This document shows positions 53,255-64,000 of a stretch of 64,000 bases of DNA, in pieces (position 1 is the stretch's first letter; the number at the start of each line of letters is the position of its first letter). Location of the stretch: positions 3,072,001 through 3,136,000 of the forward strand of contig OZ219866.1 in NCBI GenBank assembly GCA_964291675.2, given 5' to 3'. The notes below the pieces were generated by a model. It made no database searches, had not been told where the DNA came from, and saw only the letters and a list, made by a program, of their open reading frames with translations. The stretch comes from Alphaproteobacteria bacterium. GTDB taxonomy: Bacteria > Pseudomonadota > Alphaproteobacteria > MPNO01. The position numbers were made by a program, and so were the translations under genes.

Positions 53255-54675
53255 GCGCCGCCGGTCCGACCGGCCCCCGGGTGCTCAATCTCGGCATCGC
53301 CGCGTTCGGCGAAGCGATCCGGGAGGCCGGCGGCAGCGCCGTCGACATCGACTGGCGCCCGCCGGCGGACGGATCGCGCGATGCCGGGCTCGCGCTCGCC
53401 GCGACCGTCAACCATCCCCGCGTCGAGGCCGCCAACCGCCTCGCCTTCGACCGCTTCCTCGCCGCCGAGCCCGCCGCGACCGGGATCGCGCCGGCGCTGG
53501 CGGCGCTGCCCGGAATGGGCGAACGGACGATCCTGCATGCCGGCCCGCCGGTGGAATGGGAGGCGATGTGCGGGCCGATGCGGGGCGCGGTGCTGGGCGC
53601 GATCCTGTTCGAGGGCTGGGCCGCGGATCTCGACGCCGCGCGCGATCTCGCCGATTCGGGCGGGGTGGAATTCGATTCCTGCCACCGCCACGCCGCCGTC
53701 GGGCCGATGTCCGGCGTGACCTCGCCGTCGATGCCGGTGTGGGCGGTCGAGAACGCGCCGGCCGGCAATGTCGCCTTCTGCAGCCTCAACGAGGGGCTGG
53801 GCAAGGTGCTTCGCTTCGGCGCCAACGGCCCGGAGGTGATCGAGCGGCTGCGCTGGATGCAGGGGGAGCTCGCGGACGTGCTGGCGCGCACGCTGGAGGC
53901 GCACGGGCCGGTCGAGCTCAAGCCGCTGATCGCCCAGGCGCTGCACATGGGCGACGAGGCGCACAACCGCAACGCGGCGGCGACCTCGCTGCTGGTCAAG
54001 CGGCTGGTCGCGCCGGCGCTCGCCTGCGGCGCCGATCCCGCGGCGGTCGCCCGGGTCTTCGCCTTCATCGCCGGCAACGACCATTTCTTCCTCAACCTCT
54101 CGATGGCCGCCTGCAAGGCGATGCTCGATGCCGCGCGCGGCGTGGACTACGCCTCGATGGTCACCGCGATGGCGCGCAACGGGGTCGAGTTCGGCATCCA
54201 GACGAGCGCCACCGGGGACCGCTGGTTCACCGCCCCCGCGCCGGTCGTCGACGGGCTCTACTTCTCCGGCTTCGGCCGCGAGCACGGCGCGCGCGACATC
54301 GGCGACAGCGCGATCACCGAGACCGCCGGGCTCGGCGGGTTCGCGATGGCGGCGGCGCCGGCGATCGTCCGCTTCGTCGGCGGCAGCGCAAGCGAGGCGA
54401 TCGCCGCCAGCCGCCGGATGCGCGCCATCGCGCTCGGCGCGAACCCCGCCTTCACCCTGCCCGTCCTCGACTTCGCCGCGGCGCCGGCCGGGATCGACGC
54501 GCGTCGGGTCGTCGACAGCGGGGTTCAGCCGATCGTCAATACCGGGATCGCCCACCGCGAGGCCGGGATCGGCCAGATCGGCGCCGGCATCACCGCCGCG
54601 CCGATGGATTGCTTCGTCCAGGCGGTGCGGGCGCTGCACGGCGCGCTCGCCGGAGCCGGGGACCGCGCCGGCTGA
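53251..54675 (+). CDS. DUF1116 (YlbE/AllG/YahG-like) protein
   Basis: DWRPPA, ILHAGPP, NEGLGKVLRFG, MGDE.HNRN, NDHFFLN, ARNG.EFG, DIGDSAITE, NTGIAH; GTGA coupling. Confidence 0.88.
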   Translation: MSAAGPTGPRVLNLGIAAFGEAIREAGGSAVDIDWRPPADGSRDAGLALAATVNHPRVEAANRLAFDRFLAAEPAATGIAPALAALPGMGERTILHAGPPVEWEAMCGPMRGAVLGAILFEGWAADLDAARDLADSGGVEFDSCHRHAAVGPMSGVTSPSMPVWAVENAPAGNVAFCSLNEGLGKVLRFGANGPEVIERLRWMQGELADVLARTLEAHGPVELKPLIAQALHMGDEAHNRNAAATSLLVKRLVAPALACGADPAAVARVFAFIAGNDHFFLNLSMAACKAMLDAARGVDYASMVTAMARNGVEFGIQTSATGDRWFTAPAPVVDGLYFSGFGREHGARDIGDSAITETAGLGGFAMAAAPAIVRFVGGSASEAIAASRRMRAIALGANPAFTLPVLDFAAAPAGIDARRVVDSGVQPIVNTGIAHREAGIGQIGAGITAAPMDCFVQAVRALHGALAGAGDRAG

Positions 54676-54680
54676 CCCGG

Positions 54681-55424
54681 CTACGCCGCCTGCGCGTGGG
54701 CGTAGAGCGCGATGGCGGCGGCGGCCGAGACGTTGAGGCTCGCCGCGCCCCCGGCCATCGGGATGCGCAGCAGGAGATCGCAGCGCTCGGCCGTCAGCCG
54801 GCGCAGCCCGCGCCCCTCGGCGCCGAGCACGAGCGCGCAGCGGTCGGGCAGCCCGCCCGGCGCCAGCTCGGTCCCGGCGCCGGCGTCGAAGCCGACGCAC
54901 CAGAGCCCGCCCGCCTTCAGCCGGCCGAGCGCGCGGGCGAGGTTGGCGACCCGGATCACCGGCACCGATTCGAGCGCGCCCGAGGCCGCCTTGGCGAGCG
55001 CCCCGGTCTCCGGCGGGGCGTGGCGGTCGGGCATCACCAGGGCGAGCGCGCCGAGCGCGGCGGCGCTCCTGAGCACCGCGCCCACGTTCTGCGGGTCCTG
55101 CACCCGGTCGAGCACGATGGCCGCCGCGCGCCCGCGCGAGCGCGCGGCATCGAGAACCGATTCGAGACCGCCCTGGGCGAGCGGTTCGGCGAGCAGGGCG
55201 AGCCCCTGGTGGACGGCGCCCTCGGGCAGGATCCGGCGCAGCGCGTCGCGGTCGACGATCTCCGGCCCGTGCGCGGCGAGGGCCTCGCCCGCATCGCGCT
55301 CGGCGAGCAGGCGGAGCCGCCGCCGCGCGGGGTTGGCGAGCGCCGCGGCGACCGCGTGCCGGCCGTAGAGCCAGACCGTGCCGCGCCGCGCCCGGCCGGC
55401 GCGCATGCCCTTGTTTCGAGTCAT
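54681..55424 (-). CDS. rlmB: 23S rRNA G2251 methyltransferase RlmB (TrmH/SpoU family)
   Basis: [35 protein letters not shown]. Confidence 0.92.
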   Translation of the reverse strand: MTRNKGMRAGRARRGTVWLYGRHAVAAALANPARRRLRLLAERDAGEALAAHGPEIVDRDALRRILPEGAVHQGLALLAEPLAQGGLESVLDAARSRGRAAAIVLDRVQDPQNVGAVLRSAAALGALALVMPDRHAPPETGALAKAASGALESVPVIRVANLARALGRLKAGGLWCVGFDAGAGTELAPGGLPDRCALVLGAEGRGLRRLTAERCDLLLRIPMAGGAASLNVSAAAAIALYAHAQAA

Positions 55425-55523
55425 GGGAGGGACTATAATGCGCGCCGACATTGTTCTAACAACTGATCCTGCATGGCGCGCCTCCCATGGTCCGGGACGG
55501 GCGCTTTCGCACTTTTCCTGTCG

Positions 55524-55552
55524 TTGACAGGAGGATGCAAATCGCCTACTTC
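55524..55552 (+). promoter_or_regulatory. Sigma70-type promoter of tRNA-Tyr/Gly-tuf operon
   Basis: TTGACA-N17-TACTTC just upstream of tRNA-Tyr. Confidence 0.55.
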
Positions 55553-55561
55553 GGCGGTCTC

Positions 55562-55647
55562 GGAGGGGTGCCCGAGTGGCTAAAGGGGACGGGCTGTAAA
55601 CCCGTTGGCGTTTGCCTACGTTGGTTCGAATCCAACCCCCTCCACCA
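55562..55647 (+). tRNA. tRNA-Tyr(GTA)
   Basis: GGAGGGG acceptor, CTGTAAA loop, long variable arm, TTCGAAT, CCA end. Confidence 0.96.
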
Positions 55648-55742
55648 GCCCTCGGCGGCGGCATTCCGAGGGTGCGGGGCGAGGGTGCGGGAGCGGTTGG
55701 CGGAGCGGACGGCCAGTGCAGCGGGAGGCCCAGGAACGTCGC

Positions 55743-55816
55743 GCGGGTGTAGCTCAATGGTAGAGCCCCAGCCTTCCAAGCTGGTTGTGTGGGTTCGATT
55801 CCCATCACCCGCTCCA
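55743..55816 (+). tRNA. tRNA-Gly(TCC)
   Basis: GCGGGTG acceptor, CTTCCAA loop, TTCGATT, CCA end. Confidence 0.96.
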
Positions 55817-55880
55817 ACCACCGACCGCGCGGGTCCGCATCCCGGCCCGGCGAGCCAACCCACACCGGGGACGAATTGAG

Positions 55881-57071
55881 ATGGCGAAGGCGAAGTTCGA
55901 GCGTACCAAGCCGCACTGCAATGTGGGGACGATCGGCCATGTGGATCACGGCAAGACGACGTTGACGGCGGCGATCACCAAGGTACTGGCGGAGGCCGGC
56001 GGGGCGGAGTTCACGTCCTACGACCAGATCGACAAGGCGCCGGAGGAGAAGGCGCGCGGGATCACCATCGCGACGGCGCATGTGGAGTACGAGACCGGCG
56101 CGCGGCACTACGCGCATGTGGACTGCCCGGGCCATGCGGATTACGTGAAGAACATGATCACCGGGGCGGCCCAGATGGACGGGGCGATCCTGGTGGTGTC
56201 GGCGGCGGACGGCCCGATGCCGCAGACGCGGGAGCACATCCTGCTGGCGCGCCAGGTGGGTGTGCCTGCGATCGTGGTGTACATGAACAAGGTCGACCAG
56301 GTGGACGACGAGGAGATTCTGGACCTTGTGGAGCTTGAGGTGCGCGAGCTTCTGTCGAGCTACGACTTTCCGGGCGACGACATCCCGGTGATCCGGGGCT
56401 CGGCGCTGGAGGCTCTGGAGGGCTCGGAGGGCGCGACGGGGACGGGCTCGGTGCTGGAGCTGATGGGCGCGGTGGACGACTACGTGCCGCAGCCGGACCG
56501 TCCGAAGGACATGGCGTTTCTGATGCCGATCGAGGACGTGTTCTCGATCTCGGGCCGCGGCACGGTGGTGACGGGGCGGATCGAGCGCGGGACGATCAAG
56601 GTTGGCGAGGAGGTCGAGATCGTCGGCTTGAAGGAGACCTCGAAGACGGTGGTGACCGGCGTCGAGATGTTCCGCAAGCTGCTGGACTCGGGCGAGGCGG
56701 GGGACAATGTGGGGTGCCTGCTGCGCGGTGTCGGGCGCACGGAGGTGGAGCGCGGCCAGGTGCTGGCGCGGCCGGGCTCGATCACGCCGCACACGAAGTT
56801 CAAGGCGGAGGCGTATATCCTGACCAAGGAGGAGGGCGGTCGTCACACGCCGTTCTTCTCGAACTACCGTCCCCAGTTCTACTTCCGCACGACGGATGTG
56901 ACGGGTCAGGTTGCGCTGCCGGAGGGGACGGAGATGGTGATGCCGGGCGACAACGTGTCGATGGATGTCGAGCTGATCGTCCCCATCGCGATGGACGAGG
57001 GGCTGCGCTTCGCCATCCGCGAGGGCGGGCGCACCGTCGGCGCCGGCGTCGTCGCGCAGATCATCGAGTAG
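55881..57071 (+). CDS. tuf: Elongation factor Tu
   Basis: [40 protein letters not shown]. Confidence 0.99.
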   Translation: MAKAKFERTKPHCNVGTIGHVDHGKTTLTAAITKVLAEAGGAEFTSYDQIDKAPEEKARGITIATAHVEYETGARHYAHVDCPGHADYVKNMITGAAQMDGAILVVSAADGPMPQTREHILLARQVGVPAIVVYMNKVDQVDDEEILDLVELEVRELLSSYDFPGDDIPVIRGSALEALEGSEGATGTGSVLELMGAVDDYVPQPDRPKDMAFLMPIEDVFSISGRGTVVTGRIERGTIKVGEEVEIVGLKETSKTVVTGVEMFRKLLDSGEAGDNVGCLLRGVGRTEVERGQVLARPGSITPHTKFKAEAYILTKEEGGRHTPFFSNYRPQFYFRTTDVTGQVALPEGTEMVMPGDNVSMDVELIVPIAMDEGLRFAIREGGRTVGAGVVAQIIE

Positions 57072-57105
57072 CAGGCGTCAACCCGGAAACGGCGGGCACG
57101 ACCCC

Positions 57106-57181
57106 AGGAGTGTAGCTCAATTGGCAGAGCACCGGTCTCCAAAACCGGGGGTTGTGGGTTCGAATCCCTCCACTCCTGCCA
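57106..57181 (+). tRNA. tRNA-Trp(CCA)
   Basis: AGGAGTG acceptor, CTCCAAA loop, TTCGAAT, CCA end; between tuf and secE. Confidence 0.96.
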
Positions 57182-57224
57182 GCCGGTGCAGCGTCTGACG
57201 GGTGACGAGGACAGTCGGATCGAC

Positions 57225-57422
57225 ATGGCGAAGATCGGCCCCATCGAGTTTATCCAGCAGGTCCGGCGCGAAGTCGCGCGGGTGACCTGGCCGAGCCGGC
57301 GGGAGACCGCGGTGACCACGGTGATGGTGTTCATCTTCGTCGCCCTGGCGGCGCTGTTCTTCTTCGTCGTGGACCAGATCCTGTCGGTCGCGGTGCGCGC
57401 GGTGCTGGGGCTCGGGGGCTAG
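57225..57422 (+). CDS. secE: Preprotein translocase subunit SecE
   Basis: F..QVR.E..RVTWPSRRE + TM. Confidence 0.95.
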   Translation: MAKIGPIEFIQQVRREVARVTWPSRRETAVTTVMVFIFVALAALFFFVVDQILSVAVRAVLGLGG

Positions 57423-57425
57423 GCG

Positions 57426-57959
57426 ATGACGGCGCGCTGGTACGTGATCCACGTCTATTCCGGGTTCGAGAACAAGGTCGCCCAGTCGATCCGCGAGCAG
57501 GCCGCGCAGAAGCATCTCGACGACATGTTCGACGAGGTCCTGGTGCCGACCGAGGAGGTGGTGCGCATGCGGCGCGGCGCCAAGGTGCGCGCCGACCGCA
57601 AGTTCTTCCCGGGCTACGTGCTGATCAAGATGGAGCTGACCGACGAGACCTGGCATCTGGTCAAGGACACGCCCAAGGTCACCGGCTTTCTCGGCGGCGG
57701 GCGCGGCAAGCCCTCGCCGATTTCCGAGGCCGAGACCCAGCGCATCCTGCGCCAGGTCCAGGAAGGGGTGGAGCGGCCCAAGCCCTCGATCACCTTCGAC
57801 GTCGGCGAGCAGGTCCGGGTCAGCGACGGCCCCTTCACCTCGTTCAACGGCACGGTGGAGGAGATCGACGAGGAGCGCGCGCGGCTCAAGGTGGCGGTGT
57901 CGATCTTCGGGCGCTCCACCCCGGTCGAGCTCGAATACGCCCAGGTCGAGAAGCTGTGA
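57426..57959 (+). CDS. nusG: Transcription termination/antitermination factor NusG
   Basis: WYVIH.YSG.E, FPGYVL, KOW DGPF, SIFGR.TPVEL. Confidence 0.97.
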   Translation: MTARWYVIHVYSGFENKVAQSIREQAAQKHLDDMFDEVLVPTEEVVRMRRGAKVRADRKFFPGYVLIKMELTDETWHLVKDTPKVTGFLGGGRGKPSPISEAETQRILRQVQEGVERPKPSITFDVGEQVRVSDGPFTSFNGTVEEIDEERARLKVAVSIFGRSTPVELEYAQVEKL

Positions 57960-58003
57960 CGGCGGGGCGGCAGGCGGTGAATTTCTGAGGCGGCGGTCGA
58001 GAG

Positions 58004-58432
58004 ATGGCAAAGAAAATCGCAGGTTTCATCAAGCTGCAGGTGCCGGCCGGGCAGGCGAACCCGTCGCCGCCGATCGGCCCCGCGCTGGGCCAGCAGGGCG
58101 TCAACATCATGGAGTTCTGCAAGGCGTTCAACGCGCACACGCAGAACCAGGAACAGGGCGTGCCGACCCCGACGGTGATCACGGTCTATGCCGACCGCTC
58201 GTTCTCCTTCGAGACCAGGACCCCGCCGGCGTCCTATTTCATCAAGCAGGCGGCGAGGCTCGAGGCGGGCTCGCAGGAGCCCGGCCACACCATGGTGGGC
58301 GCGGTCCGCATGTCGCAGCTGCGCGAGATCGCCGAGAAGAAGATGGCCGACCTCAACGCCAACGACGTCGAGGCGGCGTGCAGGATGCTCGCCGGGACCG
58401 CGCGCTCGATGGGCGTGCAGGTGATGGAGTAA
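58004..58432 (+). CDS. rplK: 50S ribosomal protein L11
   Basis: [26 protein letters not shown]. Confidence 0.98.
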   Translation: MAKKIAGFIKLQVPAGQANPSPPIGPALGQQGVNIMEFCKAFNAHTQNQEQGVPTPTVITVYADRSFSFETRTPPASYFIKQAARLEAGSQEPGHTMVGAVRMSQLREIAEKKMADLNANDVEAACRMLAGTARSMGVQVME

Positions 58433-58436
58433 GCCG

Positions 58437-59141
58437 ATGGCAAGGAAGGGAAAGCGCCTCAGCAAGGCCTATGAGGGGATCGACCGCGAACGGCTCTACG
58501 GCCTCGACGAGGCGGTGGGGCTGCTCAAGCAGCGGGCGAGCACCAGGTTCGACGAGACGTTCGAGCTGTCGATGAATCTCGGCGTCGATCCGCGCCACGC
58601 CGACCAGATGGTGCGCGGCATGGTCTCGCTCCCCAAGGGGACCGGCAAGGCGATCCGGGTCGCCGTGTTCGCGCGCGGCGACAAGGCGGAGGAGGCGCGC
58701 GGGGCGGGCGCCGACCTGGTCGGCGCCGAGGAGCTCGCCGAGACCGTCCAGGGCGGGACCATCGAGTTCGACCGCTGCGTGGCGACGCCCGACATGATGG
58801 CGGTGGTCGGCAGGCTGGGCAAAATCCTCGGCCCGCGCGGGCTGATGCCCAACCCCAAGCTCGGCACCGTCACCCAGGACGTCGCCGCCGCGGTGCAGGC
58901 CGCCAAGGGCGGGCAGGTCGAGTTCCGGGTCGAGAAGGCCGGCATCATCCATGCCGGGATCGGCAAGGCGAGCTTCGCCGAGGACGATCTGAAGGAGAAC
59001 ATCCGCGCGCTCGCCGACGCCGTGGTCAAGGCCAAGCCGAGCGGCGCCAAGGGGACTTTCGTCAAGCGCGCCGCGCTGAGCTCGACGATGGGCCCGGGCG
59101 TCAAGCTCGACGTCCAGAGCGTGATCGGCGGCGCGTCGTAG
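58437..59141 (+). CDS. rplA: 50S ribosomal protein L1
   Basis: [25 protein letters not shown]. Confidence 0.98.
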   Translation: MARKGKRLSKAYEGIDRERLYGLDEAVGLLKQRASTRFDETFELSMNLGVDPRHADQMVRGMVSLPKGTGKAIRVAVFARGDKAEEARGAGADLVGAEELAETVQGGTIEFDRCVATPDMMAVVGRLGKILGPRGLMPNPKLGTVTQDVAAAVQAAKGGQVEFRVEKAGIIHAGIGKASFAEDDLKENIRALADAVVKAKPSGAKGTFVKRAALSSTMGPGVKLDVQSVIGGAS

Positions 59142-59209
59142 CGAACGCGTCTTCCGCGCCGCCCGGCGGCGCGAAGAGGTCCGACCCGGGCCGCGTCCCG
59201 GGGAGGAGA

Positions 59210-59267
59210 CCTGTCCGAGACTGCAGGCGCCGCCGGGCAACCGGCGGGTAAGCCCCGCACAGACAGG
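59210..59267 (+). ncRNA. Ribosomal protein L10 leader
   Basis: CCTGTCCGAGACTGCAGG...CCCGCACAGACAGG stem in rplA-rplJ spacer. Confidence 0.7.
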
Positions 59268-59400
59268 GGTCGCGAGTTCATCGGTTGCGCTCCCTCGGGG
59301 CGCGGGCGGCTCGGGCTTCTGGGACAGGAAGCCGGACCCCGGTGGGGGTCCAGTCGCAACCCGACCGGCGGCGATGCCGGTCCGACAGGAGAGACGATCG

Positions 59401-59916
59401 TTGAACCGAGCGCAAAAGGTAGAACAGGTGGCTTCGCTCAACGCGCTGTTCGGCGCCACGACCCTCGTCGTGGTGACCCGGCCGGTGGGCCTCACGGTCG
59501 CCCAGGCGACCGACCTCCGCCGACGGATGCGCGATGCCGGGGCGCGCTTCAAGGTGACCAAGAACCGGCTGACCAGGCTCGCGCTGGAAGGGACCACGTT
59601 CGCGGGCCTGTCCGGCCTGTTCGTCGGCCCGACCGCGATCGCCTATTCCGACGATCCGGTCGCCGCGGCGCGCGTCGCGGTCGATTTCGCGGAACGGAAC
59701 GAAGCCCTCGACATCATGGGTGGCGGGCTCGGCGAGCAGGTGCTCGACGCCGAGGGGGTCACCGCGCTGGCCAGGCTGCCCTCGCTCGACGAGCTGAGGG
59801 GACGGCTGGTCGGCATGATCCAGACGCCGGCGACCAGGGTCGCCGGCGTGCTCCAGGCTCCGGCGGGCCAGTTGGCCCGGCTGATGGGGGCCTATGCAGA
59901 CAAGGATGCGGCCTGA
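59401..59916 (+). CDS. rplJ: 50S ribosomal protein L10
   Basis: TTG start with AGGAGA RBS; [27 protein letters not shown]. Confidence 0.96.
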   Translation: MNRAQKVEQVASLNALFGATTLVVVTRPVGLTVAQATDLRRRMRDAGARFKVTKNRLTRLALEGTTFAGLSGLFVGPTAIAYSDDPVAAARVAVDFAERNEALDIMGGGLGEQVLDAEGVTALARLPSLDELRGRLVGMIQTPATRVAGVLQAPAGQLARLMGAYADKDAA

Positions 59917-59951
59917 CGGCCGGGCATCCGTATCAGAGAGGAGAAGCGATT

Positions 59952-60329
59952 ATGGCTGCCAATCTCGAACAACTTGTCGAGGACCTGTCGCAGCTCACGG
60001 TCATCGAGGCCGCGGAGCTGTCCAAGCTGCTGGAGGACAAGTGGGGGGTGAGCGCCGCCGCCCCCGTCGCGGTCGCCGCCGCCGTCCCGGCCGAGGGCGC
60101 CCCGGCCGAGGAAGAGAAGACCGAGTTCGACCTGATCCTGGTCAGCTTCGGCGAGAAGAAGATCAACGTCATCAAGGAAGTCCGCGCCATTACCGGGCTC
60201 GGCCTCAAGGAGGCGAAGGACCTCGTCGAGGGTGTGCCCAAGCCGGTCAAGGAGGCGGTGGGCAAGGACGAGGCCGAAGAGATCAGGGCGAAGCTCGAGG
60301 AAGCCGGGGCGACCGTCGAGGTGAAGTAG
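59952..60329 (+). CDS. rplL: 50S ribosomal protein L7/L12
   Basis: [26 protein letters not shown]. Confidence 0.98.
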   Translation: MAANLEQLVEDLSQLTVIEAAELSKLLEDKWGVSAAAPVAVAAAVPAEGAPAEEEKTEFDLILVSFGEKKINVIKEVRAITGLGLKEAKDLVEGVPKPVKEAVGKDEAEEIRAKLEEAGATVEVK

Positions 60330-60444
60330 TTGGCCGCGCGCCCAAGGCGGGCGGCGCCGGCGGCAATGTCGATGGGTCCGAACGATCGCTGCGCGCTGGA
60401 CGGCGGCCGCCGCCGCACCGTCCCGCGCGCCTGAAGAGGTGGCA

Positions 60445-64000
<3,556 letters not shown>

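Overview
GC-rich chromosomal segment of an alphaproteobacterium, Rhodospirillales-like by gene order (inference). It is mostly housekeeping: rlmE(3')-guaB-guaA-fni, yfgM-bamB-der, dnaB-alr-mlaEF-radA-cvpA-purF, thrC/M16 peptidase/yqgE/dsbD/prx, ispH-thrB-rnhA, a tandem glycine riboswitch with gcvT-H-PA-PB, and tRNA-Thr, rlmB, tRNA-Tyr, tRNA-Gly, tuf, tRNA-Trp, secE, nusG, rplKAJL and rpoB(5'). Accessory parts: (i) a PD-(D/E)XK + PIN gene pair; (ii) an OprI/Lpp-like Ala-zipper lipoprotein convergent with an L,D-transpeptidase; (iii) a catabolic patch (UbiX, hydratase, HpaB-like, two MFS, LLM monooxygenase); (iv) an integrase-less islet downstream of tRNA-Thr carrying an MmeI-like restriction-methylase, two orphan genes, three abutting palindromes (one a perfect parS) and a promoter-terminator unit; (v) a barbiturase-clade amidohydrolase in an operon with FdrA and DUF1116. 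Item (v) is the best candidate for an undescribed system: cyclic-ureide ring opening coupled to carbamoyl transfer. Frameshifts in guaA and the NUDIX gene (possibly also the SDR) look like sequencing errors. All calls come from motif recognition by eye; no searches were run.
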